From contig NC_043017.1 in NCBI RefSeq assembly GCF_006345805.1, forward strand, positions 26,660,001 to 26,724,000: a stretch of 64,000 nucleotides of DNA, read 5' to 3'. Position 1 is the first letter of the stretch; each line of letters starts with the position of its first letter. Under the pieces are notes generated by a model. It saw nothing but the letters and a program-made list of their open reading frames with translations. It made no database searches and was not told where the DNA came from. Both the position numbers and the translations under genes were made by a program. Below, piece by piece: positions 25,346 to 38,540 of the stretch. Source of the stretch: Octopus sinensis (lineage: Eukaryota).

Positions 25346-25903
25346 CGTATATAGGTATATATAGATACAAACACGGATATGAGTACAGTTATCTACGTAT
25401 CCGCCTGAGCAGATGCAATTAGCGTGAGCAACATCATCTTTATACCAAATTTTTTTTCTTAAAGTAGATAAGCGAACAAGCAAGAACACCAAGGAAAACG
25501 ATTAAAGCAAGCAATATAGTCCTTGATGTAAAAATATTCTTCTTCCGCACCTGAAGCATCTACCCTGAAGGGTGAACTCCACATTGTGGATAGGGAGCTA
25601 AATTATGTTATCAATCTCAAAACACATTGAACAGCATACTAATCAAAGGGGACCTTGGACCGACATGGATAGTCGCTAAATCATTGAGCAGAACGAGAAC
25701 GGTGACGAATTACACATTTAACCAATTGACGAAATCTAAACGAAGCTACTGCTAATGAACGATTGCGCGTGTTAATATTATTGGCAAATATATATATATA
25801 TATGTGTCTGTGTGTGTATGTATGTATATATACATTTATATACATAAATATACATATATATATGAATACATAGATATGTATTATATATATATACATATAT
25901 ACA

Positions 25904-25950
<47 letters not shown>

Positions 25951-25991
25951 TATATATATATATGTATATATATCTACCTATATATATATTA

Positions 25992-26016
<25 letters not shown>

Positions 26017-26022
<6 letters not shown>

Positions 26023-26109
26023 GAATTACAGATAAAACCACTATTATGCAACTCAAACAGTGATAGACATAAACCAATACATAAATAGCAAATAGTATAA
26101 ATATAATTA

Positions 26110-26148
<39 letters not shown>

Positions 26149-26290
26149 TATTATAAAAAATTATATATATAAAAAGATTATATATATATGTATTAATTAT
26201 ATTCAAATTATGTGTTATTTATGTATTGGTTTATGTCTATCACTGTTTTTGAGTTGACTAATAGTGTTTTACTCTAATTCATATTTTATA
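26017..26290. mobile_element. Short fold-back remnant related to the outer ends of Penelope-like unit 1
   Basis: About 26017-26095 is the reverse complement of about 26215-26290. The arm aaaccactattatgcaactcaaacagtgatagacataaaccaatacataaa aligns with 6629-6680 aaaccactattttgcaaaacaaacaaggaaagacttaatcaatacataaa. Confidence 0.7.
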
Positions 26291-26389
26291 TAATTATACT
26301 GTGAAATTTGATTTAATGCTAAATCTAATGTCCCTGTAAGTTTGAACCTATACGCCCTAATATTATTATTATATATATATATATATATA

Positions 26390-26438
<49 letters not shown>

Positions 26439-26770
26439 CACATATAAAGGTGGAGGTGGAAATAGCTCAGAACTAAGTGTAAGACATTTCTATTTATGAG
26501 GCAGTTTCTTCAAAATGATTTTAAAAAAAGATAAAGAATATATTTTCGGTTTCTTATGAAATATCAGTAAAACTTCATCTGAATTTGATGTAAAAACAGT
26601 TTATCTTCTGTTTGGGGTGTCACGAAAATGGCTTGGACTCCACTAGACATATTGTTGATTCCCCCACTCTGACGATAAACTGTTTTTAGTTCAAATTTTT
26701 TTATTTTTTTTTATTAAATTTCCTTTTAAATTGAAATTTCTTAGAATTACTTCTGTGCTATTTCCAGCTC

Positions 26771-27034
26771 TCATCATCATCATCATTGTTCGGCCGTGGT
26801 CGACACAATTGAATTTACCATGCTCCGCCAGACTTCACGGTCCATCATGGCATTAGGGAGGTCCTGTTGCTGGATGCCTGTATCCCTGGAGATTACATCA
26901 GGGTAGGAGTTTGTGCGCCCTCTGGTATTGCGAGTAGATGGCTTCTAGAGGAAAAGAGTAGAAATTACCTCTTTTTCAGCTCTACAACAATGTCCAGCAA
27001 ACTGGACTCTCTTACCTTTCACAAGAGATGACAC
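26771..27034 (-). mobile_element. RTE-clade LINE 3' end with (TGA)n tail
   Basis: KRVQFAGHCCRAEKEVISTLFL*KPSTRNTRGRTNSYPDVISRDTGIQQQDLPNAMMDREVWRSMV followed by tgatgatgatgatga. Confidence 0.85.
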
Positions 27035-27334
27035 ATGTCATCCACCTCTACTTATCACACATAAAGATTTGGTTTGTGGAGATCTGTAATCGTATATCAA
27101 CTATATATATATGTATATATGTATGTAATCTTTGTGTATAGCTGTAGGAGTGGGTGCGTGGCAAGTGGCTTGCGTTATCGCCGGTGATAAAAATGGGTAA
27201 ATTTGAATAGTGTAATTATCAGGTGTGTTTTTCGAGAGAGTCTAATAGGCACATATTGTTCCTGTGTAAATGAATTATTTGATAATTTTTTGTCTATTAC
27301 TTGTTATATGTTTCAGATATTAGACTCCGGATAT

Positions 27335-27640
27335 ACTGGGGCACCGATTCTGGGATTTATTTATTTTTAAAGCCTGGTACTTATTCTATCGGTCTCTTTT
27401 GCCAAGTTATAGCGACGAAAGCATACAAGAACCGGTTGTCAAGAGGTTAAGTGGCGACAAACAAACACACACGCAAATACATATGTAGGACGCGCGGTTT
27501 ATCGTTTCCTTTTACCAAACCCACTAATAAGGCTTTGGTGAGTCAGAAACTAAAGTAGAGAAGACTTGTCCAATTATCTACGCAGGAACCAGAGTCCTGT
27601 AGCCGAGAAGCCACCCACTTACCTCACAGTCACGCCTATG
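27335..27640 (-). mobile_element. SINE family A, old and diverged
   Basis: gtacttattctatcggtctcttttgcc...ggttgtcaag...ttaccaaacccact...aaggctttggt. Confidence 0.75.
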
Positions 27641-28947
27641 CATATTGAGTACTTTTCACATAGACATTTTTAGTTAGACGAAAGAAAGGAAAATCATGAA
27701 TGATCAACCAAGTACAACTATATTAGAGCCTATTTTGAGACTTAGAGAGAGAAAGAGACAGATGTCGATTGTATTACAAAAAGGGAGAGAATAAAATATA
27801 TAATATAAAACATATAATATAAAACAAGCGTGAGGAGGAAATGAAGTGAAGTAAACATGTACGATAAAATAATTCTATAAAACAGGAGAGAGAGTGAAAT
27901 ATAAAAATCAAAATTGAGATTCATAATATCACATACTTACAGATAAAGCAAAATCAGTTTTTTCCCCTAAGTGTGGATGGAAGTAGAGAATTGCAAAGGT
28001 GAAACAAATACATGTAGATTAATCTGTTGTGTATATACATAGTTTTCTACAAAATTTTCTTTGATGTAGTGTGACTCCATTTGTCTGTTTTAGTTTTAGT
28101 TTGCAACGCGTGGTAAGCCTGTAGAAAGTTTTGTACATTGTTTTTTTTCTCGAAATGAGCATGTATGATGGATTTCCTGAGAGGATATAAATCAAATACA
28201 TGAGGATATAAATCAAATAAAAATGCGTTAGTAATCAACAAAGCTACATTTTACAACATTAGGGAAATGACATAGATGTGCATGTAGCAAAGGAGATTGG
28301 ACTACCTGACAGCCATATTTCAATGGCAATACAATTATGACATGCTTACATACAGAACCACACAAACACTCGCGCGCACGTATGTGTGACTGCGTATGTG
28401 TAAATTATGAGTGTATCTATTAATGGGATAAGTTCGCTTATAACAAAGTCACAAAAACTAATAACGTAACGTAGAACAAAGTACTTCATATTTCCCTAAA
28501 ATTTATCGATTTCGAGTGAAGGAAGAAACAGACGAACTCGATGACCATTGAACTTACAAATAAACGAATGTATTTTGTACAGCACGGTAATACTTCGCCA
28601 AAATCACCGCCTACTACTCGAATGAAACACGCTGTACAAATTGGCTGGAAGTAATATGAGCAGTCACACAATACCAAGCGATGGATATTGTTTGATAGGT
28701 GGACGCGTATGCTACTACATCGGTGTGTTTCATCAGCTATGTGTACCGAACCCTCGTTCAACATAAGAATTGGACATATTTAAGTTAAAATTGTGTAAAG
28801 TTAGCCACGATGGATTAAATTTATGTAGAGTTTTATCTAACATAAGCAAAATCCATTCGTATAGAGAAAGACATGACGCTGCTCAAATGCGTTCACCAAA
28901 AGAAATTTTCATTACAGACAATATATTTAGACAGCACACACACACAA

Positions 28948-29029
<82 letters not shown>

Positions 29030-29330
29030 AATTAAATAAAATATATGCATATATACATACATATATGTACGTACCTACATCTACATGTATATATACATGC
29101 ATGTATGGGTAAAGGACACTAAAAAAATGTTGAACACAATGAGAAATGATACATACATATATATATATATATATATTACTGGCTCTCTGATGAATTTCTA
29201 ATTGGAGATGTCCCAAATGTTTATTCTATATGCATCCATTGTAACTCCCATTGGGATATAATGCACCAGTAATGTTCAATATGTAATACGAAAGAGTTTT
29301 CCTATCATCTATATACACACACATACACAC

Positions 29331-29368
<38 letters not shown>

Positions 29369-30179
29369 GCACATGTATGTATAAGTACATATATATACAC
29401 ATATGTATGCATATGTACACACACACTTTTATATATATTGTTTTTTTTTGTAAATTCTCCCTATATACACATATACAGACCTATGTATGTATGAATGTAT
29501 CTATATATGTATGTATGTACGTGTGTGGGTGTGTGTGTGTATCAACGTTTCTTTTCTAACACCAACAAACCATATTCACCCTTTATTTTTCTGTGCATAA
29601 CATAAAGATGGAGCAATCATTGTTGCATCATAGGGATTCGCAGTTCATTAGCTTGTCCACTTCCACCTATTCTTTGCATTGAAGTTTCTCCTTGTGGCTC
29701 TTTGTATAACATCAAGTCAGAGGGATGTTTGTCAACTATCAAGTACTTATACGTAGCCATGTGTAACTACTCGTGTTGCCAATATTTCAAAATATTATGA
29801 AAAGATTTACAGAAAGTCTAGATATTTAATTGTAATTCATGTTTAAAAAAAAAACTTTTAATTCGAAATCTGTCACTAATTTTTAATTCGTTTCCAATAA
29901 AGCAATAAATCAAAATAAATCATAAATATTTAAAATCATTGCTGTAGATGAACGGATTTTAATGCTGTGTTTTTTATATTATATAAAATAAGTTGACCAT
30001 TTAGACGTAGATATTTCAGTTATTAAAAACATGATTCTAAGGGAAATAAAGGTCAAGAACTCTTCTTTTGCGACCAGTTAATCTCTTCTATCGACAGAAG
30101 AATTTTTGTTGCGTCATATTAGTTTCGAATTTTGGCGCAAGGCATTCAAGTTCAGGGAAAGGTGTAAGTTTTTTGCGAG

Positions 30180-30510
30180 GACTCCAGTAATCAACTGGTA
30201 CTTGATTTATAGACCTCGAAATGATGAAATGCTATGGCTGCTGCAGCGGAATTTGAACTCAGGTCTAAAAGACAGACGAAATGCCGCTAAGTTATTGCCC
30301 AGCGTGCAATCCACTTTTCGATCTCAGTGCCTTTTTTGTTGCGTAATATTGATTGTGAATTTTGGCAGAATTTTCTGGTGAATGGGTAATTCGATTACAT
30401 TGACCTCAGTGTTCACCTGTTACTTATTTTATCGATCCCGAAAATAAAGGACCAAACGCCGATAAACATTTTGTCCGTCGTGCTAAAGATTCTGCCAGTT
30501 CTCTGCCTCC
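30180..30510 (-). mobile_element. Two diverged SINE family B fragments
   Basis: ctggtacttgatttatagacctcgaaatgatgaaa...gcggaatttgaactc (30194-30320) and ttacttattttatcgatcccgaaa...gtgctaaagattctgccagttc (30400-30510). Confidence 0.7.
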
Positions 30511-31605
30511 TCTCTTTTTGCGTAACATTTAAAGCTAAAATGCTTCGTATGCACAACAAGCACGATTCTCCTTATGCAAACGGATGAAACATCGATTGCA
30601 AGACACCTATTTAAACGCTTTGAAGACGCTGCCGATGCTCAACTTTACACTGGGATATATCTATTAACAAGGAGAATTCTACTGAGCAAAATTGACCCGG
30701 GGGTCTTTCCGTATTAAAAACGTAGAAAGAAGGAACATGTGTAGCAAAGTAAGCTTAGAAGTACGCCTCCATTTAGCGAACCCATAATTTGTAACGAAAT
30801 CTATGAAACAGAATCTTGTTAATGAAGATAACCTCGATGTATATGCGTGCAGGTAGGAATTAATAGTTGTAGAATTCTAGTAGACCGCAAGAAAGTGAGG
30901 AACAAAACACGTTGGAGGAAGATATTTAGAAGTTAAAGACATACTTATGAATTTAATTAAATCTTACGCATGAAAAATCGGGGATGGTGGAGGACTAACA
31001 ACGTCATGTACAACACGAAGTAACAGCAATAATAATGACTGACAAAAGGGGAAAAAACAGAAGCAAACCAATTTGAAAACACAATCTCAGGAAGGGATTC
31101 GGTTTAAATATGATTACGTTCGAAAATTGGGATCAATACTGATGGAACATTTTCAAATTATAAATATTTACTAAATGTTTATTACTTAAAGTCACAAGAA
31201 ATAGTGTTGCCTGTACTATACTGGAATCTCAAAATTTTGTCGACAACGAAGTGACAAATATCAATAATTTTACATGTAATCTATAAAAATAAAACATGCC
31301 CGATGGATATACTTCGATTCCATCCAGAAAAGAAACATCCCAAGAGGAAGATTTGGAGAATGAGATTTATATTTGTAATACAATCGAACTACTATATATA
31401 TTTCGGTTTTGGATTTCGTTTGCAAGATTCTGACCCACACACATGTAAAACAAAAAAGAAGAAAAAAGAGGAACGCAGTGTGAATAACTGACAGAGTCAA
31501 AACTATCGACAATGTTGCAAGACTCAATGAAATTCTTAGAAAAAATAAAAAAGGAAATAACTGGAAATTTTACCGGTGAGTGTGTTAAATTATAAGTCAA
31601 CATAC

Positions 31606-32015
31606 GGCGCAGGAGTGGCTGTGTGGTAAGTAGCTTGCTAACCAACCACATGGTTCCGGGTTCAGTCCCACTGCATGGCATCTTGGGCAAGTGTCTTCTG
31701 CTATAGCCCCGGGCCGACCAATGCCTTGTGATTGGATTTGGTAGACGGAAACTGAAAGAAGCCTGTCGTATATATGTATATATACATATGTATGTGTGTT
31801 TGTTTGTGTGTCTGTGTTTGTCCCCCTAGCATTGCTTGACAACCGATGCTGGTGTGTTTATGTCCCCGTTACTTATCGGTTCAGCAAAAGAGACCGATAG
31901 AATAAGTACTGGGCTTACAAAAACAATAAGTCCCGGGGTCGAGTTGCTCGATTAAAGGCGGTGCTCCAGCATGGCCGCAGTCAAATGACTGAAACAAGTA
32001 AAAGAGTAAAAGAGT
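31606..32015 (+). mobile_element. SINE family A, full length, young
   Basis: A-box tggctgtgtggt, B-box gggttcagtccc, short internal microsatellite, tail (aaagagt)x2. Confidence 0.95.
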
Positions 32016-32311
32016 ATACCATATATATTTGATGCAAATACAATCTGTGTGTGTGAGTGTGCGTGTATATATATATATATATATCTTTAAGAAAGTTAGA
32101 GAGTGAGTGAGCGAGAATTACTTATATGTTTGTATATATACGAGTGTGTATTTATTAGTAACTAGCAGAAGCAACGGAACGACTCACTAACCGAAAGTTT
32201 GGTGCCTTGTTAATTATCTTAGAGTATTCAATTTATATAAGCGGTGATTATTTACATTACCTTAACTATATATGTCCAACTGTCTGTCTGTAAGTGTGTA
32301 CAAATGTTTGT

Positions 32312-32694
32312 GGAGGTGCAATGGCCCAGTGGTTAGGGCAGCGGACTCGCGGTCATAGGATCGCGGTTTCAATTCCCAGACCGGGTGTTGTGAGTGTTTA
32401 TTGGGCGAAAACACCTAAAGCTCCACGAGACTCCGACAGGAGATGGTGGTGATCCCTGCTGTACTCTTTCACCACAACTTTCTCTCACTCTTACTTCCTG
32501 TTTCTGTTGTACCTGTATTTCAAGGGGCCGGCCTTGTCACTCTCTGTGTCACGCTGAATATCCCCGAGAACTACGTTAAGGGTACACGTATCTGTGGAGT
32601 GCTCAGCCACTTACACGTTAATTTCACGAGCAGGCTGTTCCGTTGATTCGGATCAACCGGAACCCTCATCGTCGTAACCGACGGAGTGCTTCCA
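32312..32694 (+). mobile_element. SINE family C (tRNA-Arg-like head), full length
   Basis: ggaggtgcaatggcccagtggttagggcagcggactcgcggtcataggatcgcggtttcaattccc contains A- and B-box-like motifs. Partial copies lie at 10429 and 52894. Confidence 0.88.
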
Positions 32695-33124
32695 TATATG
32701 ATTGTATGTATATATATGTATTTATGCATGCATGAGAATAGTTACTAAATAATATCCATAGCCGTTTAATAGCTATTAAAACTCTGCAAAACACCACTGG
32801 TCTTTGCTGCATTAGGACGGACTACGACGAAATAATAGATATAAAATTAACATGAAGATAGCGAAATCATTTTAGGGCAATTAAACAAAACATTATGCTT
32901 CCACAGATGCAGTAACATCGGCTGCTGAATCGAGGGGTCTTTGACGATTCAACCATTTAGTATTACACGAGAATGTGGATACGAATAATAAAACGAGTTG
33001 CAAGAGAATTCTTATATAGCAGAATTTACATTCTTGACATTAATATTTACATATTTAAATCACACGTAGAATGATATGTTCCAAATTTCCTACTCTCCGA
33101 AATTGAGTATAAGTATGTGTCTGT

Positions 33125-33181
33125 GCCTATATATATATATATATAATATATAATATAATATATATATATATATATATATAG

Positions 33182-33220
<39 letters not shown>

Positions 33221-33230
33221 ATATATATAC

Positions 33231-33261
<31 letters not shown>

Positions 33262-33445
33262 ATGTATGAGTATATATACATATAATTCATATATACATAT
33301 GCTTAAATTGGATGGTGCGAAATTATATATATCTGCATGTGTGTATTCCTATTGTTTATTGCAGGTATGTAGATATATATATATACATGTATATATATAA
33401 CTATATATATATATATTATATATATATATATATGTATATATATAC

Positions 33446-33489
<44 letters not shown>

Positions 33490-33700
33490 CATATATATAT
33501 ATATATGTATGTATGCATTTTATTTAAATATTTATATATATACACACATACAAATAAGTATACGCGTAAAAACTTAGATATATTAATATATTCTCACGAA
33601 CACGTCTCCAGACATACATAGACTTAACGGCATATATACAGTAATTTATATATATAATATATATATATATATTATATATATATATATATATATATGTAGA
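33125..33700. repeat. Interrupted (TA)n arrays
   Basis: Read directly from the sequence. Confidence 0.93.
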
Positions 33701-33840
33701 CGTGCACACAGATATGCATGTATATTTTATGTAATTTACCCCGATTATGTTCGTCGTAAAACCATATTTTCAGCTCTGACGGACGATCTATGAATATTTA
33801 ATTAATTTACTATCATTTTTTTTGCTATTTATTTACAAAG

Positions 33841-33879
33841 TGCCGAGATTTTTTATTGTCGATGACGATAAAGCCGACG
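33841..33879 (+). CDS. Candidate internal micro-exon (phase 1-1, 39 nt)
   Basis: Acceptor tttttttgctatttatttacaaag and donor gtatgt. Open as PRFFIVDDDKAD. Confidence 0.35.
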
Positions 33880-34325
33880 GTATGTTTCCCCTGTGAATAT
33901 ATATTATATCGATAACAAATTGAACCCTTTCATTGCAAATGAGATCATTACACTTATTTTTAGATAGATGTCACGCAGACGTGGAGAAAATTCTTTTTTA
34001 TTTACTGAAACTAACCAACATATGTATTAGCCGCTGTGATCTTCCAATGAATGGAAGTGATAAAGCGAATAATGTGAGCGTTCTTTGGAGACTGAAAATA
34101 CGATAGCTGCAGTAATATCCACTCGGATATAAAAGCTATATTATATCTTATTACGCTTAGCGTACTTTCCTGTCTCGCCTTTGGTTTTCTCATTGGTTAA
34201 CGCAACTTGTGTATGCGTGTGTGCTTACATATATACATGCATACATATATATGTGTGTGTGTGTGTGTGTGAGTTTGTAACCTGATACATTTTATATATT
34301 ATCGGTATGGATATGCATATATATG

Positions 34326-34378
<53 letters not shown>

Positions 34379-34564
34379 AGTAGGTGAATGAATTATCCTA
34401 TGTTTATCATCAGCATGGAAAATTCGTTTAACCGAAAACTGGGTAGCAAATTCACGTCAGAAAACACGGTTGAAGCGACCTGTCAAGGGTAGAAACTCCG
34501 GAGAGAGAGAGAAAGAGAGAGAGAGAGATAAAGAGACAGACAGACAGAGACAGGGACAGAGAGA

Positions 34565-34690
34565 GTATTCGCAAAAAAACAAAAGACGAAGACAGGTGGT
34601 GTAGACAACAAACAGTGAAAAGCTATTTAACGTTTCGATGCTATGCTCTTCCACAGAAAAAAAACAAGGAGAAAAATCAAAGAATGTGTT
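34565..34690 (-). repeat. Dispersed repeat with a degenerate hammerhead-like motif
   Basis: Shares agacgaagacaggtg...aacaa with 57885-57930. The minus strand reads CTGTGGA-A-GAGC-atag-CATC-GAAA-CGT-TA at 34656-34626. Confidence 0.6.
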
Positions 34691-34771
34691 TTGGCTAGCG
34701 TTCTTTCATGGCTAATATATTTATATATATGTATGTATGTATGTATATGTATATATGTATATGTCTGTATA

Positions 34772-34805
<34 letters not shown>

Positions 34806-35554
34806 CATATATACCTACACATATAGATACTTTGATACTTGCATGTATACACACATACATACATCTATACATTAACAAATGTGCAGACGAACAAAGAAAA
34901 AGTGATACAATAATTGAGAAATTCAGCCAAAATATCTTTCATATTTTTAACGAGTACGGCCAATATCTGTCCTACTGTTGTGAAGAAGTGTTTATATGTC
35001 ATAGCATTGGTGGTAAATCCTTAAAAGAAATATGCGAACGTCAAAGTTTAACGCGATGCTGATGGTAATGCTGCAAATGGAGACAGCAGTATAGGATTGC
35101 TTCCACCTCGTGAGGACACTCAGCGTGAATTTTCTTTTCATCACGCAAAGCCAAGTTAATGTGAAGCAAGTTAGTGTATCCTCACAGCAACACGTCATAC
35201 ACCAAGGGGCAAGCTAAGGGAAAACTGTCTTATGTATTCCAGCACAAATGTTTTCTTTTTTTTTTTCGGTGGGGATGATAAGCGCTTAGGCGACATGTTT
35301 AAATATCTGAAGCTGATTAATTTGGAAAAAATAAAACGCTGTGTATATGACAATGTTGGAGCAAGAGCATCATACTAGCTTCTGGCTTTATACGCAGAAG
35401 AGAATATTAATCCATGTTTTACATATATAAGCACAGTACATGTGGTATGGTGCCGTCGGTGTCTATGTTAAAGCTAAGGTGTTAAACGCAAATCCTATTC
35501 CTAAACGAATGAAGCGAACACCAGTATTTATTGTTTGGCCACATCGCTAATATA

Positions 35555-35616
35555 CGTAAACCAAAACACACCAACCCCGGTTGTCAAGTAATAGTGGGGG
35601 AAACCACGTACGCAAA

Positions 35617-35665
<49 letters not shown>

Positions 35666-35709
35666 TATATGTGGTTAACCCCGAATCAACCCGGGACCTA
35701 CATATATAT

Positions 35710-35758
<49 letters not shown>

Positions 35759-35915
35759 TATGTATGACTAGTTTTTTTACAGTTTCCGCCTTCCTAGTTT
35801 AGTGAGAATGCTTTAGTCAATCGGAGACTATACTGGAAGACACTGTTCGAGGTAAAACGCAGTGGGGCTGAAAACGGTAACATGTGGCCGAGCTGCATAA
35901 TTCTTACAACTCTGC
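35555..35915 (-). mobile_element. SINE family A, old, split by an expanded (TA)n
   Basis: cacaccaaccccggttgtcaag...[TA]...cagtttccgcc...gaagacac...gcagtggggctgaa. Confidence 0.65.
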
Positions 35916-36424
35916 CACAACTGACATGCAAAAAAAAAAAACGAAGTTGACGCTTTGGTCGTAACGCATCACTTTCGACGATAATGTTATTTCGCTCTGG
36001 AAAAATAGGCCAGCAACAATTTACTTCCGAATTTTGAAACAAGTCGCCGGAAGACGTATTGGAATCATCAACATACAACCCCTTAGTGAAAACAAACCTA
36101 AATAAAGAATGTCATTCATAGAATTACTCTGTGTAGCAAAATATTTATTATTTCCACATATTTTTTTGTGTAAACTGGAGAATGTATATAAATGTTTTCA
36201 GTAATTTTTTTTTCGTCTTAAGCCTACAAAGATTTAAACAGAATATTCGCCTTCCAATAATTTAAGAATATTATCCGCTTAATATCTGTTGTAATATTCC
36301 ATGATAAGAGAGATTCTGTTAATGAAATATTTGAGCGGGTCGAATTAATTTCGTAAATCTACGTAACAGTCTATATCTTACGTATAGATAAACGCAAAAC
36401 ATGTATACATACTGACAGAAGATC

Positions 36425-36476
36425 TATCTCTCTCTCTCTCTCTCCCTCGATATATATATATATATATATATAATAA

Positions 36477-36507
<31 letters not shown>

Positions 36508-36516
36508 ATATAAATA

Positions 36517-36577
<61 letters not shown>

Positions 36578-36736
36578 GTAGATATATATATGTTTGTGTG
36601 TGTGCCTGTGTGTATGTGTATGTGTCTGTATGTGTATACTTATATATTTATAATGAAGATGAATGTATATGTACATAGAATGCATACATACATGCACACT
36701 ATATATGTAATCTATATTAATATATATATTATATAT

Positions 36737-36792
<56 letters not shown>

Positions 36793-36820
36793 TTTGTATG
36801 TGTATGCGTGTGTGTGTGTT
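36425..36820. repeat. Compound (CT)n/(TA)n/(TG)n array
   Basis: Read directly from the sequence. Confidence 0.95.
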
Positions 36821-37035
36821 GATGAAAAAGTAGTGTAATCGCATTATTTTCACGTCAATATCATCTTCCTTATCTCGACTGAGGAAAGACAATTGTTGAA
36901 AAAAACAAAACAAAAAAATAACAAATCAAAAGCAAGAAAGATAAAAAAAAAATAGATCGCTTGATGCTGCAACATTTTCATTGAGACATTAATAAGTATA
37001 TCTTAGACATCAGGATTGCTTTTCGTCTTGATTAG

Positions 37036-37152
37036 ATGACGAAAAATGTTATAAACTCGTATGCTTCTATATAAATAACGCAGTATTTGAATATGTCGTC
37101 TACTTAGACTCTCTTGATGCAAGACCGGCATGTTATTCAGACCAGATAGAAA
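37036..37152 (+). CDS. Candidate internal exon (phase 1-1, 117 nt)
   Basis: Acceptor ttgcttttcgtcttgattag and donor gtaaag. Open as DEKCYKLVCFYINNAVFEYVVYLDSLDARPACYSDQIE. Confidence 0.33.
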
Positions 37153-37410
37153 GTAAAGAAACTTGAGGTGTATGTCTGCATGCATTTCCTCCCACAAACG
37201 TGATCTACCTAAGTAAAATTTCTTTTACGTTAGATTTTTCATAAAAAATATTCCTAGAATACCTCACGATGTGAAAATCTGAGTGAATCACGTCTTTTCT
37301 TGCAAGGGTATGATTTTGCGTGTAAAGTACGAGTAAAATGCACCAGTTATAACTTACTTCTTCTTCTTCTTCTTCTTATTATTATTATTATTATTATAAT
37401 AATAAACTAG

Positions 37411-38540
37411 GCGGCGAGCTGGCAGAAACATTAGCACGACGGGTGAAATGCTGAGCGGTATTCCGTCTGCCGCTACGTTCTGAGTTCAAATTCCGCCGAG
37501 GTCGACTTTGCCTTTCATACTTTCGTGGTCGATTAAATAAGTACTAGTTACGCACTGGGGTCGATATAATCGACTTAGTCCGTTTGTCTGTCCTTGTTTG
37601 TCCTCTCTGTGTTTAGCCCCTTGTGGGCAGTAAAGAAATAGGTATTCCGTCAGCCATTACGTTCTGAGTTAAAGGTCGACTTTGCCTTTCATACTTTCGT
37701 GGTCGATTAAATAAGTACCAGTTACGCACTGGGGTCGATATAATCGACTTAATCAGTTTGTCTGTCCTTGTTTGTCCTCTCTATGTTTAGCCCCTTGTGG
37801 GCAGTAAAAAAATAGGTATTCCATCTGTCTTTACGTTGTGGGTTCAAATTCCACTACAGTCGACTTCGCCTTTCATGCTTTCGTGGTCGATAAATTAAGT
37901 ACCAGTTGTGTTGTGGGGTCGATCTAATCGACTGCCCCTTCCCCCAAATTATCGGGCCTTGTACCTAGAGTAGAAAAGATTGTAATTAATAAACTATTTA
38001 TGGTCACAAATAGGCAGAGTCGTATCATACCGGGCAAAATGTTTAGCGGCATTCTGTCCGTCTTTACGTTCTAAGTTCCAAATCCGTCGGTCTTGACTTT
38101 GCTTTCATAAATTCCGAGTCGATAAAATAAGTAGCATTTAAACACGGAAGCTAATGTAATCGACCATCCACCACTCAAAATGTCGCGCCTTGTGCCTATA
38201 TTAGAAAGGATTATTAATAAAATACTAAAGGTGTCTTGTCGGTCATTATATTCTGAGTACTAATTCCGCCAAGGTCAACCCTATTTATACCATCCTTTCG
38301 AGGTCGATTTGCATAAGTACCAGTTGAATACTGAGGCCAATGTAATGGACTGAACCCGCCGCTGGACGTGCTGACTTGAGTCAAAATTTTAAATTGTCAT
38401 TAATCAGCGAGTTCAGGTGGCGAGTTCGAGCAATCGTTAACACAGGACAAAATGCTTGGTGACTTTGAAATTGAACATGTATTGAGGTCGACTTTCCTTT
38501 CAGCCATGCAGGATCGATGAATAAGTACAAGTCACTTCCT
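37411..38540 (+). mobile_element. Head-to-tail cluster of six SINE family B copies
   Basis: Copies at about 37411-37640, 37641-37813, 37814-37983, 38009-38215, 38233-38400 and 38415-38540, all on the + strand, each with a gtcgac-ttt...gtcgat...aagta core. Confidence 0.88.

Noticed and set aside
28486-28764. 92-aa minus-strand ORF with a GTAAGT donor-like site and a CTGATGA
   Set aside because: No domain recognised, no clear acceptor, and no GAAA or stems for a hammerhead.
29600-29770. Possible second RTE 3' remnant (SDLMLYKEPQG...ELRIPMM on the minus strand)
   Set aside because: Too degraded to assign with confidence without an alignment.
31606-32390. tRNA-like sequences at SINE heads as possible tRNA genes
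   Set aside because: They lack a complete cloverleaf with acceptor stem and run into SINE bodies present in many copies.
37048-37080. YKLVCFY resembling the GH18 chitinase N-terminal YKLVCY
   Set aside because: Downstream residues do not follow the chitinase pattern and no DxDxE motif is present.
37411-38540. Repeated about 170-bp units as a possible CRISPR or satellite array
   Set aside because: Units are SINE B copies of unequal length and divergence, with no short repeat-spacer structure and no cas genes, in eukaryotic DNA.
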